Shown here piece by piece: positions 11,120-24,824 of a DNA stretch of 64,000 bases. The DNA lies in assembly GCF_002113885.1 (NCBI RefSeq), contig NW_018403519.1, forward strand, positions 364,242 through 428,241, read 5' to 3'. The position numbers and the translations under genes were made by a program. The DNA comes from Mizuhopecten yessoensis. Its lineage: Eukaryota. Positions within the stretch are counted from its first letter, which is position 1, and each line of letters opens with the position of its first letter. A model generated the notes under the pieces. The model made no database searches, had not been told where the DNA came from, and worked only from the letters and a program-made list of their open reading frames with translations.

Positions 11120-14100
11120 GCTCATTGTATGAGCTTTGCTGGCTGTAAACATTGCGATGTGGTTCCTTATGAGTGTGCTGGTTTAGGAATAAACATTTAG
11201 TTATAGCACATACGATCTGGCCATGGCGTCAAATGGTGAGCTAATACGTGAACCGAACCTTACTGCTACGTCGTTTGACCATTCCTTATTCAAGCTTCCA
11301 AAAAATTAGTACATTGCCAAAGTAGTTGATATTGCCACTAACTCGGAAAGTAAAATTGTCTGATATCGGGCTATTCTTTTCGATCACGCAAAGGATATTG
11401 AGGGGTGTCCTGTCGTTTCGCTTTTTGCACGTAAGAAAATTTCAAAGGGCCCAGCCTATATGAAGTATGCGAAAGACTGCTATGCTTTAATTAAATCAAT
11501 TTATAGACGGCGAGTCCGTAAGCGAGATAGCAGATATCTTCTCTTCGCAAAGACTTACTAGAACAAATAGTCAGCTTGATACCTCAGTAATGGACTGCTC
11601 GGGCAACATCATGGGTGAGTCTGCCCCCGTCTCCCGCTCCGAGTATGATTCTCTTCAGCTGGAGCTAGTGAACCTTCGGACAATACTTCATGAATCGAGA
11701 GAGACCTCAAAACTCCGTATAGACTCGGCGGAAGAGCTTCAAAAGAAATTGGACCATGATATGTCGTTTCTAAAAACTCAGCTGAGTAAGGCATGTGAGT
11801 CTATTGATAAAGTCTTCGATATTGACCATTCCAAAACAGTTCCCAGGGCGTATTTTGTCGAGAGTATCCACCGCCTGACTTCAAAACTGGTGTCTCTAGC
11901 GAAATTCAGGAAGTCGACAGCCTTGAAAATCACTAATATTTCAAATTCGATCGACGACAATAGTTGTGGAATTTCGCGTCTGAACGATGACCGCTTTGGT
12001 AATACCTCAGCCATTCACAACGACGTTCGTGATATAAACGGACAACTTGCCGTCTTTGAGGGTGACGTACAGACAGCTATATCCAACGCGTCCTCTAGAT
12101 CTGCTGTAAGTGGAGTGTCATCTCTGAAATCGCGCATGCGGCAAGTTGAGTCTGACATAAAAAAAAAACCGCAGGAAAAGCTAAGTAAACAACAGACATT
12201 GCCGTTAGAGCTTTTGCAGAGGAACTTGGGTCCCAATTAACAAAATTTGAGGAACTTATGACAGCTTCAACTTACGTCCGAAGGAGAAAGGCTTACCAAT
12301 ACCGACTACTCCACGCTCTTTCCCGTCTTCCACCCATCACAATTCAGTCACACCGACTCGAATCAATCCCGGTTTTCCGATTTCCAGTCAACAGGCGTCA
12401 GATCAAAGCCTATAATGTAACAAGTCAACACCGCTGGAAGTTGCTTTAACATCTGTAACTAGTGATGATTCCTCAACTCCAACGTATTTAAGTAAATCTC
12501 ATCACCGAAATTTATCTCGGTCGTCACAGCTTCCATCCACCTCAACTTTACCACTCATCCCGTCCTGTTCGAGAAACCCTCGCTTTATGTCGCGGAACGT
12601 AACTGGCATAATGTCGGCTGCCTCTCATATTCACATATTCATATATAAACAGGGAACGCGTTGACATTTGTGGAAGAGCGGAACACTGGCTTTTCAAAGA
12701 AAATCTACATCTATTCAAGAGTTTTCATCCAGTGGTTTCGTAGCTGTTTCCCGGCATACAACTACGCGCCTTTTTCTTAGCGGTATGTCGTCAGAATCGT
12801 GTTCAGCGGATGATATACATTTTTACCTACAAACTCGCGGTGTCAATGCCACATTTGTTCGCCTCCTTAGGAGCCAACGGAAGCTTTGCGTCTCTGCACG
12901 GGTTAACGTCATTTCATCTGATATCCCCAAAACGAAAGAGGACAACTTTTGGCCAAAAGGTATCCGATGCCGGAAATGCGTCTCTAAAAACCGGTTCTAC
13001 GGTAACGATAATACCTATAAACTCGACGGTGGGATCGAATAGATTTGCCGTTCTTCGCCTGTTGCATATCCTCCTCCTCGTTGTGTCGAACATTCGATTC
13101 ATGTCGTGGAACGTAACTGGCATAATGTCGGCTGCCTCTCATATTCACGAAGCATTAAACAGGGAACGCGTTGACATTTGTGGAAGAGCGGAACACTGGC
13201 TTTTCAAAGAAAATCTACATCTATTCAAGAGTATTCACCAGAACTATAACTCCTTAGCAATTGCAGACTTTTCCTTTCATCCACTAGCCGATCATCGATC
13301 TCGAAAAGGAAGTGTTGCTCTGAGGCATAAGAGACTTAATGATCGTTTCGATCGTGGATTCTAATGATGATAGGATTGCTATTATCAAACTCGTCCTAGA
13401 TGTTGAAACACTCCATGTTCTTCAAATGTATCTCCCTACATCAATATATGGCACGGACTTATTTAATAAATACATAAAAAAGCTTGACGAGCTGTACACG
13501 ATATTTTCCCTGTATGGATCTGTAATTGTCATGGGGGATTTCAATGTCCGCTTACATGGCTCGCGTATTCCCGGTTATCAAAACCAACGCGGCAGGCTTC
13601 TTCAAAATTGCCTTGACCGTTTACAGTTGTTTACGCTGTCAATCTGTAGCCTCTGTAAAGGTCCATTACATTCATTTGTTCATTCCGAAGATGGTCCATC
13701 CTCCCTTATATATCATATTATCATCAACTCATCTAAATAAGACCTCGTGAGTGAATGTTTCATTTTGAATGGCGATTATCTTGACGTGTCAAACCATAGG
13801 CCGTTGGTGTGTGAACTGTTTTATCCTGATTCGGTTTCTGGTGAAAATGATTGTGATAAACACACACGCATTTCGTTTAAGTGGATCGCCGCGGGAGCCT
13901 CCAAAAATGTTGACAACTACCGGGACGATCTTGTTGCACGTATCAACGGTTCCTCTTTGAATACCTTACTGAGTCTTGATACTAAAGATGAAGTTGATAA
14001 ATACTCAAGCGAGCTTGTGACATGTTTACTGAAATCATCAGATTGTACCTTGACGAAACGTAAATTTTACAAATTTTTAAAACCCTATTAGAACAACAAA

Positions 14101-15706
14101 CTAAAAGATCTTCAACAAAACCTGTGGAGATGTCAGGTTTTGGTCTCTAAAGGTCGACCGCGTGAGACGAACTCGGTCACATTTAGAAACTACAAAGATG
14201 CGAAACGCTTATTTAGGAACAGACATAGACAGGTATCAGAGGATCACATTGTAGACTTAAACAACGAAATTGAATGTTATGTTGGTGTTAATCAAAAGAC
14301 GTTCTGGTCTCTTGTTAGAAAACGTTGTACTAACATTTCGGGGTTTGCTGGAGCTGAAATGAAATTTAATGATGAAGTTATCGGAGATCCTGCTAGCCTA
14401 GCCTTTCACTGGGGAAAGAATTTTGCAGATATTTATTCCGAAACCTGGAATAACACGTCGGCATCTTCTTAAACAAATTCAAACCTGGCTGTCCAGACAT
14501 CAATGAGATTGTTAACAAGCTACGTAGTCAATGTTTTGCACTACTACATTGTAACCTTTTCGGTACTGGGATCAATCCAATGACAGGTACAAAGTTATAT
14601 AAGTCTATTGTTTTGCCTAGAAGCCTCTTTGGCTGTGAACTTTAGTTTTCTCTAACAGAAACTGATGTGTCTCGTATTGAAACTGTACATCACTTATGTA
14701 CAAAGCTCATTCAAAGTTTTCCCCGTCGCACACGATCAGATATCTCTCTCAGTATGTTAGGCCTTACCTCAATACACCTCGAGGTTGAATTATTCAATCT
14801 CCGCTTTTTTGCTGCTTTATGTAGACTAGATACACGATTTACTGCAAAGAGAATTTTATGTTTCGTCTTTTTCACACATATTATGGATTTTTTCAAGGTG
14901 GAAAAGGTTTTGTTTCAGATATTTGGAAAATCTTTCATAAATATGAATTACATGATGTATTGTTGGCCTTCCTCCAAAAAGGATTTCTTCCTCCTAAACA
15001 ATCATGGAAATGTCTAACGAAGGGTGTTCTAATTCGTAATTCCTGTACACTTATGAGTGGAGAGACTTTTCTAGATTTATGTATCTGCAATATGATATCT
15101 GTTTTTCGACTATTTGGTTTTTATCTATACGTTTTTCCTACTTTTGTAGAACATGCGCTAATGTTGCAAAGCTCTGGATTATTTCTCCAGATTGTGAATT
15201 AGCATGTGCACAATGCAATGTGTTTTTAGCCGATGCTGTTGCACATTGTTTCTTGGACTGCTCTGGGGAAGAAGTGTTAGCTTTACGCGATAACATCTTC
15301 TCCAAAATTGTCAACGAATACCCTGTTCATGCTTACGTTGCACTGGACCAGGCGAGTCGGGATATTCAAATAGCAACGTTTCTTGGCTCTCCTCCTGATC
15401 TGTTTCGAGATATTTTTGAAGAAGACGACGATCTTTTCTTGTCTTTTATACGAGACTGTTGCATTTTTGCAGAGATAGCTTCTGCTCTTACCTTCCAATA
15501 ATACATGAGTTCCTGTAAATAACCTTTTTGTATTATACTGGTTGAAGGCTATGCAATCGTTAAATGTATAAGTTTGCATCATTCAATTAGCTTATTTTTT
15601 CAGTCATTATACTTTATTTTGTAACTGTATTAATTTTCTTATATCTATTTTCTTAAAATATGTATTTCATATAACTGTTCATGTTTGGAGGAATACAAAT
15701 ATGAAA
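11120..15706 (+). mobile_element. Decayed APE-type LINE (ORF1, endonuclease, RT core deleted, Cys/His C-terminus); clade uncertain
   Basis: Coiled-coil ORF1 pieces ending FWPKGIRCRK; APE motifs SWNVTG, AEHWL, GDFN and SNHRP; frameshifts; a jump at about 14472 to the post-RT region; CAQC..AHCFLDC. Confidence 0.85.
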
Positions 15707-16494
15707 AAGACTTTTTAAGTTATCACACATAAATACATGGTATATAAAATAACATTGGACTACGTGATATGGTTGAAACAGACATGTTTCACTTCTGTTT
15801 ACACTTGTTCATTGATCCGCTAAAAAGTCTAGTAGGCTGAACATTGAGGAAGATACAATTGTTCTGACACCTCATTAAAACACTGTTTCTTTACATCATT
15901 TCAACTCGTGATGGGATAAAATCGAACTGCGCAGTTTGACCTAACAAACCTGTCTGGAACTATTACATTGATTTGCTTTATAAGATATGGACAGTCGAAC
16001 ATACTATTCACACACTTAAACAGGAACAAACGATCTAAATACAATTTACGCTGATATCAAAGTAATGATGGTATCAAATCAAAACGCATAGAGCAATTCT
16101 TGAAGTAATTTTGCCCATATTGTAACCCTTCAGATTTAGTTCGATTGGGTCATCATAATAAAGCAACTACTTGCGACGTCAACAAAATGACGTCATAATT
16201 TACTATATCCCAAATATACACAACAGTATCAATGACCAGTAAATAATTGGAACTGGGGATATACCAAAACAAACAAAAAGGAAATCATCATGAACTGGTG
16301 GCGAAGCCAGGGGAATTTAGGTGTATTAGATAAAAGATATTGTACCAAGTGCTACATTTATCAGCAAATATAAGATTAAAAACAATTGTTAACCATTCTA
16401 CCTGACTATGTGACTTGGAAGGGTTTAGAAATCAATGTAATGTTTATAACTCACGTTAATTCGGCACGTCATTGTATAGTCCAATCCCGATCCC

Positions 16495-16948
16495 ATCATC
16501 ACGATAACTTGTAGAATTGATACAATTACAATGTATATGTTCTTCTCTTTATCATCACGGTAACTTGTAGTCTTTATACAATGTATATGTCCTTCTCTCT
16601 ATCATCACGGTAACTTGTAGAATTGATACAATGTATATGTGCTTCTCTCTATCATCACGGTAACTTGTAGGCTTGATACAATGTATATGTCCTTCTCTCT
16701 ATCATCACGGTAACTTGTAGAATTGATACAATGTATATGTCATTCTCTCTATCATCACGGTAACTTGTAGACTTGATACAATGTATATGTCCTTCTCTCT
16801 ATCAGCACGGTAATTTGTAGACTTGATACAATGCATATGTCCTTCTCTCTATCATCACGGTAACTTGAAGACTTGATACAATGTATATGTCCTCTCTATC
16901 ATCACGGTCACTTGTAGACTTGATACAATGTATATGTCATTCTCTCTA
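16495..16948. repeat. 50-bp minisatellite, about 9 copies
   Basis: ATCATCACGGTAACTTGTAGACTTGATACAATGTATATGTCCTTCTCTCT at 16551, 16601, 16651 and onward. Confidence 0.95.
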
Positions 16949-17947
16949 TTCAGTGTACTCTCTATACGTTCTGATTCGTCAGTGGTATTTTCTCTTTCGT
17001 TTACGTTTACGAATACACGTAAATGCCTATATTCTGTGCTCGGTCATATTTATTTTGAGATTTTAGAATAGCTTACGTGTTATTTGGCGGATTTTGCTAG
17101 CTATTTTCGTACATTCCTTCACTATGTATAATAAAGTATTAACTGGCGAGTCTAAAAGTGAAAATGTCTAAACTTGTATATTACAGATATAGTTTGAAAT
17201 GATCAATTCAGATAATAATAAAGATAACAGTTTCTCTTTGGTAGTCGTTACAGCATTCAATAATTAAACATTGTGGAAACTCATTCAAGATTTGTTAATT
17301 ATACCGGGACATACATTTGGAGACCATAAAACGTAACAATAACAGAACATATAATATGAAATAGATTGAAAATTATAAAACTACTCCATATGGTTTTTAT
17401 TCCCGATATATCAATAAACGACATTGGGATGTCACCACTGTTACTGTGCATTTTAATACTTATAATTAAAATATTGAGAGATGTATTTGGCAGCAAAATG
17501 ATAAATCACAATTCTCTATGTGGTGTATATACGTTTTATTGAAGTACAATTTACTCACGATATTGACAATGATTGAGTATTAATATCTATATACTGGAGT
17601 GTTCTGTCCGAAATACAATAATGCATTGATATTTCTCTATTTTCATACACTTTGTAGAGCAGTGTCTGCCATTTAACTCATATATCCCCAGCTATTAAAT
17701 AATCATACTGAAATACCAAAAAAATGCAAATTTGAATATGGAATAATAATCATAAAAACACATTAAATATAAGTTGTTTTTAGAGGATTGTATGTTATGA
17801 TTAGTTTCTATACGTAATTCAATTTATTTATTATTGTGCAATGTACCTTTACTTTGTGTGTCTTTTCAGACCCTGTTCATTGCTGAATAAACATCTGTTA
17901 AAGTAAACGGAACAGAGTCCCATTTATGAACACGGTGTGAAACCACA

Positions 17948-20900
17948 ATGCCAGCTGTAGCCTGCCCTATCACAGACTGCAACTATGTCACGGATGACCT
18001 GGATGCCACTATCGTCGCGGCACTCATCACGGCTCACTCCGCTGTACACATACCCAAACGAGAACAATTCAAGTTTATTTGGTAAAAAGGTACAACAACA
18101 TATATAACAATTTCATACAGTAACCAATACATGTTTTGGCACTAATAATGTATATGGCTGATTACATTATAAAACATGTTAATGTAAAATTATATATAAG
18201 TCTCTAAAAAAAGTTATCATACTTTTATAAATTACAAGATAGGTAATGGTTATTCCTACGAAAAATGAAATAACTAAAACATATGTTGCCCTTAAAACCA
18301 GGATTACCCAGAAAGCCCTGAAGCCCATTTCCACTGGGGTCCATTAAAAGACACATAAACACTACCTAAATAAAAATTACTATAGTTATTATATTTTGAA
18401 GATAATTTTATGTTGAAACTGATGTTCAAGTTTAAGTTCAAGTTCTTACTTACTTTAAGTCGGTTGACTTATCAGTTATAACATATATACAAAACAATAC
18501 AGAGACAACATACAATATGATACACACACACATACACACGCCTCCACACACACACACACACACCGTGGAGAGTGAACACTAACCAGCAATCAGCTCATAT
18601 CTCCTTTTGTTTGCTTGTATTACAAATTTGCCAAGATTTCGAATGTCGGATACATTCTCACAAGTAAGTAGTTGAATTAATGTATATATGCTTGTATGTT
18701 AAGATATAGGTTGTAACTTAAAACACATTGCATTGAAGTACAGCACCCATATTGTGTACACACTCCCATATTTACATACACAAACATATATATAGAACAT
18801 ATTACGTTAATACAATTCCAATCTTTAGCAGCATTTTAATAAAACGTGGTAGATTCTGTCCCGCTCACATTTGGAATATAAAAAATTGTATTCACTAGAT
18901 CTTGTATAGTGTTGCTGCAGTTCTGTTAGCCTTTTGAATTATGTTTTAAATAGGAGGGGCATTTGTCATTTAAAATATTAAAAGCATGGTTTACTCTGAG
19001 TTGTTTTACTCTGTTACTAACATTAAGCATATTTAGACTAGAGAATTCATTGTAACCCATTCTGGAAATCTAATTTAAGAATAAATCTAATAACTTTATT
19101 TTGTGAAACCTGCAGTCTTTGTTTTAGTTTTTAGTTAAACCAGAGTACCAGGATGAGCAAGAGTAATCAAAATGACACTGTATTATAGCTGAGCATAATA
19201 TTTTCCTGGTGGATAGTGGAAGAGAACTTGTTTGCCTATACATTCACCAGATAAAAAGAATTCAATCGACAAATCAAGATAATCGACGAAGGGTTGCATC
19301 AGAATAGTATGACCATTACAAATAATGTTCACCATTTTTAGCTTTCTCTTAGTTCCAAAGAGGATACATTCAGTTTTTCCGAGATGTAATGACAGTTTGT
19401 TATCAACTAGCCAATCTAAACATGATTCTAGAACTTGGCTCAATTTGGTAGATATAAATTTTGGGTCAGAGTGAGAAAAGAGAATGTACTGTCATCAGCA
19501 TATAAAATAAGTTTGCAAGCAGGATCTATACTGATTTGCATGTCATTTACATAAGTTATAAATAATAAAGAGCCTAAAATACTCCCTTGAGGAACTCCAC
19601 AATCAACTTCAGCTTCTTTAGATTTTACTCCATTTACATAAACAACTTGTTTTCTATTTTGCAGATAAGACTGGACTCATTCAACAGATTTAACTCTCAT
19701 AATTTCCAATTTGTTACAAAGTATATGGTGATCGACTGTGTCGAAAGCTTTCTGCAGGTCAAGCATTATTATACCTGTGAATAATCCCTTAGCAGGTTGT
19801 TTAAATATGATCAAATAGATAATTTTAACAAGTGTCTGTAGAATAACAACTTCTGAATCCAGATTGTAACTCATAGAGTATATTATTAGAAACTAGGAAT
19901 GTTCCAGTTGGACGTAGACCTTTTTTTCAAGAATTTTGGTAACTGCATAGTATGCTCACAGGTCTGTAATTTTCAACTTGAAGTTTATCTTTTTTCTTGA
20001 ATAAAGGTTTTACTATTGCTTACTTGAGTTCATCGGGTACTGATCCAGTACTTATAGATGTATTAATGATAAAAGTAATAGGAATTTTCAATACATCAGC
20101 TCCGTCCTTCAAAAATCTAGCAGGTATTCCGTCCAGACCGGTGTTTTTGTAAGGGTTGATATTGCAAAGTTCTCTACGAACAAAATCTTCAGAAATATTT
20201 TTCAGATGAAAACTTACATTTCTAGTATTTCTAGTTTGGTAAAAAAATAAAAAAAAAAATATCTAAGCCAAAATTAAAAGTGTTCTTTGGATCGGGTAGT
20301 CTACTAACTAAGCTTGAGACAATGGTAGTGAAAAGTTACTGAAAAAAATTGGCTTTAGTATGACCGTCAAAACAGCTTTTATCCTCAATATTTAAGACAA
20401 TCTTGGAGTTGGATTTTTTTTCTTTTTGATATCCTAGGTCTTTCAAATGTTGCCACTGTTTTTTGGGTTTGTTACAATTTTCTTCGATCTTGTTTTGAAA
20501 AAAAGTCTGATTTTGATTTTTTGATTTCTCTTTGGATCTTATTTCGAAGTAGAAAAAAAAATTGTAGTCGGACTCTCATTGTGTTTTTTATATTGATGCA
20601 AAATTTTTATCTCTCAAACGAAAATTCTCTAAAATTTCTGAGTTCATCCATGGTTCAGTTCTCTGCTTCAGTCTGATTTCTTTGACTGGAGCTACAATAT
20701 CCAAAACTTTCATAAATATTTCTCTAAATTTTGTCCAAGATTCCTCCTGACTCTGATCACAAAATCATTCTTCTCAATTGGCATTAAGAAGTTTTTCTTT
20801 GAAGAGATCTGTGTTGTAATTTGTAGAACTTATTTTCACTGTATTGCGTTTCTTAATTGAGCCTCTAGTGACTTTCCTTGTACAATAAGTAAGAAAGTGA

Positions 20901-21670
20901 TCACTTAAACCAATTGAGATAGTTCCAGACTGGCAGATTCTGTCTTTGTCATTACAAAGAATGAGATTTAACAGGGTACATCCGTTATTTGTAATTATTG
21001 CATCTTCATGAATGATTTGATGAAATCCAAACATATGTAATATGGTGTGATAAGTTTTATACATCTGATTTTCTTTATGATTCCAACAAATATTAAAATC
21101 ACCCAACATTATTATTTCACAATCAGCTCTCAACATAGTAAGAATTTCCTCAAAGTTGTATAATTTCAGTTGAGAAAGTTAACCGACCCACGCTCAGTGC
21201 CGCAGGATCTAGCGAGGGGTGGGCATATTTCCGATATCGGTGGTCGGACTATGTCAGTGCCACGAAAATCACTGGACGAGATAAAGTAATCCAGCTACTA
21301 GAATGCTGTGACGAACCATTACGGAAAGACTTGACACGATCAGCCGGTGTTAGTCTCCCTGACAAAACTGTGGATGAGGTTTTAGCTGCAATTAAAAAGC
21401 TCTCGGTACGTGAGGAAAACACTATGGTTGCAAGAGTGACGCTACACAATATGCGACAGGATCGTGATGTCACTGTCCGGAGTTACGGCGCTAGACTTAA
21501 AGGACAGGCCGGTAGATGCAAGTTTGTGGCCCGGATGTACAACCGACGTCAATTATACTGACGCTACCATGCGTACTTACCCGAGGAATTACCGATCCGG
21601 AAAAACAACTTGATCTGCTAAGACACAAAAATCAGGACATGAGTCTTGAGGATGTATTTTAATTTGTTGC
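17948..21670 (+). mobile_element. Gypsy-like LTR retrotransposon gag relic split by a LINE (17948..~18060 plus ~21169..21670)
   Basis: MPAVACPITDCNYVTDDLDATIVAALITAH resumes as VEKVNRPTLSAAGSSEGWAYFRYRWSDYVSATKITGRDKVIQLLECCDEPLRKDLTR. Family assignment is from recall of marine-invertebrate gag proteins. Confidence 0.7.
18065..21165 (-). mobile_element. Decayed CR1/L2-like LINE ORF2 (APE plus RT), 5'-truncated
   Basis: GDFN and GLSDH (APE); LDLQKAFDTVDH, PQGSILG, YADD at about 19490-19503 and WLVDNKLSLHLGKTE (RT); many frameshifts. Confidence 0.9.
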
Positions 21671-22169
21671 GTCACTTTATAATAAGACATGAAAATTACT
21701 CATCATTTTATCATGCGACATGACACTTCTTGGTGGCTAAGAACAACTAGGTCTGGTCACGGTTGTATATAACAGTAGGAACACGTACAACACATTTCTG
21801 TAAATTGTAAATATTTACCCCTTATGTACTACTGATCGTGATGTATGAATGCCCGAAATGAACAAATGCTTTTTTTATTTTTATAGTGCTGGACTGAAAA
21901 TGTGTTTTCTTTCATATAATGTTCCTATTTAGACTTCCTGAGGCTGGTATTTGAATACATGATTCACTTTACGGTTTAAATTTCTATTTACGGGAAATCT
22001 GTGTTTTACATATTATTCTGAAGTACTGAATAAGAGGTTGTTTTAGCATATACATGATACGTTTGAGGAATTCATGTGATATCTATGAATATATTCAACA
22101 GATGAAGAAATGTCAAAAAGGATTTTCCATATCATTGATCCATGCTTTTTAATTACATGTATCTTGTTT

Positions 22170-23730
22170 AAAACAGAACGCATGTGACTGATCCATGCTT
22201 ATAGTATACACAATGTTGCAAAATAATACATCTGACTGATGTATGTTTATAATACTCCGTGTTACAAAATATTATATCTGACTGATGTATGTTTTTAGTA
22301 CATCACATGATAATTTCTAGGATATACCTTTTTAGTAGCGTGACGCTAAGAGTGGTGCCCCTTCTCCTAGGGAGCGCTGTACATATTCTACTTTCAATTC
22401 ATTGTTGTAGTCTGCAATAATGGCTTCGATATTCGGGACCGGGAATGCCGATTGCTTCGTAGAAGCTCAGCAATGCATAAAGACGAAGCAGGCGACACAA
22501 CTTGCCGTCGCAGTCCTTAAAGACTTCCTACTGGAAAGGGAAACCGTATGTGACTTAGCGGTGATTCAATCCAGTGAATTGAACGGTGTTTTGGTGGATT
22601 TCTATGCCAATATACGCAATAAGGCAAGGTTTTCGGTGGCATTTACAAGAACCATCATGTGGCAGAGAATGACAGTCATGTGATGTACTAAATCTATTAT
22701 GACCCTTTTCCGAGGGAACTGTTCTCTTATAGTGTCGTCTGGGGAGGTATAGTGCCCGAGCCGTTAGAATAGTAGTACACAGTGTTACAAAATAATATAT
22801 CTGACTGATGTATGTTTATAATACTCCGTGTTACAAAATAGTATATCTGACTGATGTATGTTTATAATACACAGTGTTACAAAATATTATATCTGACTGG
22901 TGTATGTCTATAATACACCGTGTTACAAAATAGTATATCTGACTGTTGTATGTTTATAATACACAGTGTTACAAAATATTATATCTGACTGGTGTATGTC
23001 TATAATACTCCGTGTTACATAATATTATATCTGACTGATGTATATTTATAATCCTCCGTGTTACAAAATAGTATATCTGACTGATGAATGTCTATAATAC
23101 TCCGTGTTACAAAATATTATATCTGACTGATGTATATTTATAATACTCCGTGTTACAAAATAGTATATCTGACTGATGTATGTCTATAATACTCCGTGTT
23201 ACAAAATAGTATATCTGACTGATGTATATTTATAATACTCCGTGTTACAAAATATTATATCTGACTGATGTATGTTTATAATACTCCGTGTTACAAAATA
23301 CTATATCTGACTGATGTATATTTATAATACTCCGTGTTACAAAATATTATATCTGACTGATGTATATTTATAATACACAGTGTTACAAAATATTATATTT
23401 GACTGATGTATATTTATAATACACAGTGTTACAAAATATTATATCTGACTGATGTATATTTATAATACAGTGTTACAAAACAGTATATCTGACTGATGTA
23501 TGTTTATAATACACAGTGTTACAAATTATTATATCTGACTGATGTATATTTATAATACAGTGTTACAAAACAGTATATCTGACTGTTAGCTAGCCTAAGT
23601 GGGGTTGCCAAAAAACGCCGAAGGGACTGATGTATGTCTATAATACACAGTGTTACAAAATAATATATCTGACTGATGTATGTTTGTAGAACTTTGTGTT
23701 ACAAAATAATATCTGACTAGTGCATGTTCA
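22170..23730. repeat. 46-bp minisatellite with two insertions
   Basis: TGTTACAAAATATTATATCTGACTGATGTATGTTTATAATACTCCG with period 46. Confidence 0.95.
22296..22779 (+). mobile_element. Internally deleted Crypton/DUF3504-like element inserted in the 46-bp array
   Basis: ORF 22420..22683 (KTKQATQLAVAVLKDFLLER...ELNGVLVDFYANIRNK) resembles the N-terminal part of DUF3504/Crypton recombinases; TAGTACA occurs at both ends. Confidence 0.55.
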
Positions 23731-24824
23731 TAGTATTCTTCGTTAATAATAGACGATATGGTACTGATTTCCACTTTCTGTTTCAGAGGCCACCTTTACA
23801 ATTATATCTACAAACGGCCGTCCTGAGAAATTCTCGTGAAGTTTCATATTTAGTAATTGGCATTTACTTCTGATAACATCATTTCACAACGACAGCGGTC
23901 TTCATTCTTTATGAAGTGTTAATTCTATCTTTTTAACACGTTTTCTTCCGGAATACGCAATTCCTCTCTTTTAACTAACCTTGATTGCGTGTTTACTTTG
24001 ATATATCTGTGGCACCCTGTTAGATTTGTCAATGTGGCTTCCATCAAAAACTTAAGATTATACAAAGTGGTTGCAAAAATACCAAACATGGTAGCAACTA
24101 CAATCAAAATATAACTAAAAACCTTAGCTAGCCTAAGTGGGGTTGCCAAAAAACGCCGAAGGTGAGGTTGCCAAACCCATCTTTACATTATATACTGCGA
24201 GCCGGCTGCCCCAACCCTGTTAATTAGGGGAGGTAGGTTTACCCAATGCTCTGACCAGTCGGCAAGTGTTGTCTCACTTTAACATAAACTAGCAACAACC
24301 TGCCAGGTTACAAATTATACATATTACAATAAAAAAATAACTGCCAGGTTACAAATTATACATGTTAAAATAAAAAATAAAATTAAAATTAACTAAAAAC
24401 CTTAGCTAGTGGAGTTGCCACAAAAATTGCAAACGCCATCTTAGCCAGCCTTATTGATGGTTACATCACAAAAAATGTCAATTTTGTATTGACCAAAAAA
24501 ACAGAGGGTCGGAAGTGGGTGGGATTTAAATATCAAGTTAGATTTGATGATAACGATTCGCAAGATGGCTGCCTTATGAACAAAGGGACGCGACGCTCAT
24601 GTCACCTTGACCAATTAGGGGCCAGCATCCCGATTTACGTCATCAGCAGCCAATCAATAACCTCCAATATTTTCAGAAACCATTAAGGTGTCTTGTTCCA
24701 TAATATTGTAATATTAATGTTGCTAACTTATAATAACCCTCACAATTAAATTAGTTAGATAACAAATTTAAACTTGTTATGGTGTTATGAGCATAAATTA
24801 AGCTAATTGCTTAGCTGCCTTATA

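Noticed and set aside
10685-16376. A 5.7-kb DNA transposon with 435-bp TIRs
   Set aside because: The interior is a LINE with no transposase, I saw no TSD outside the inverted repeats, and the 75-bp direct repeat fits an insertion-associated rearrangement better.
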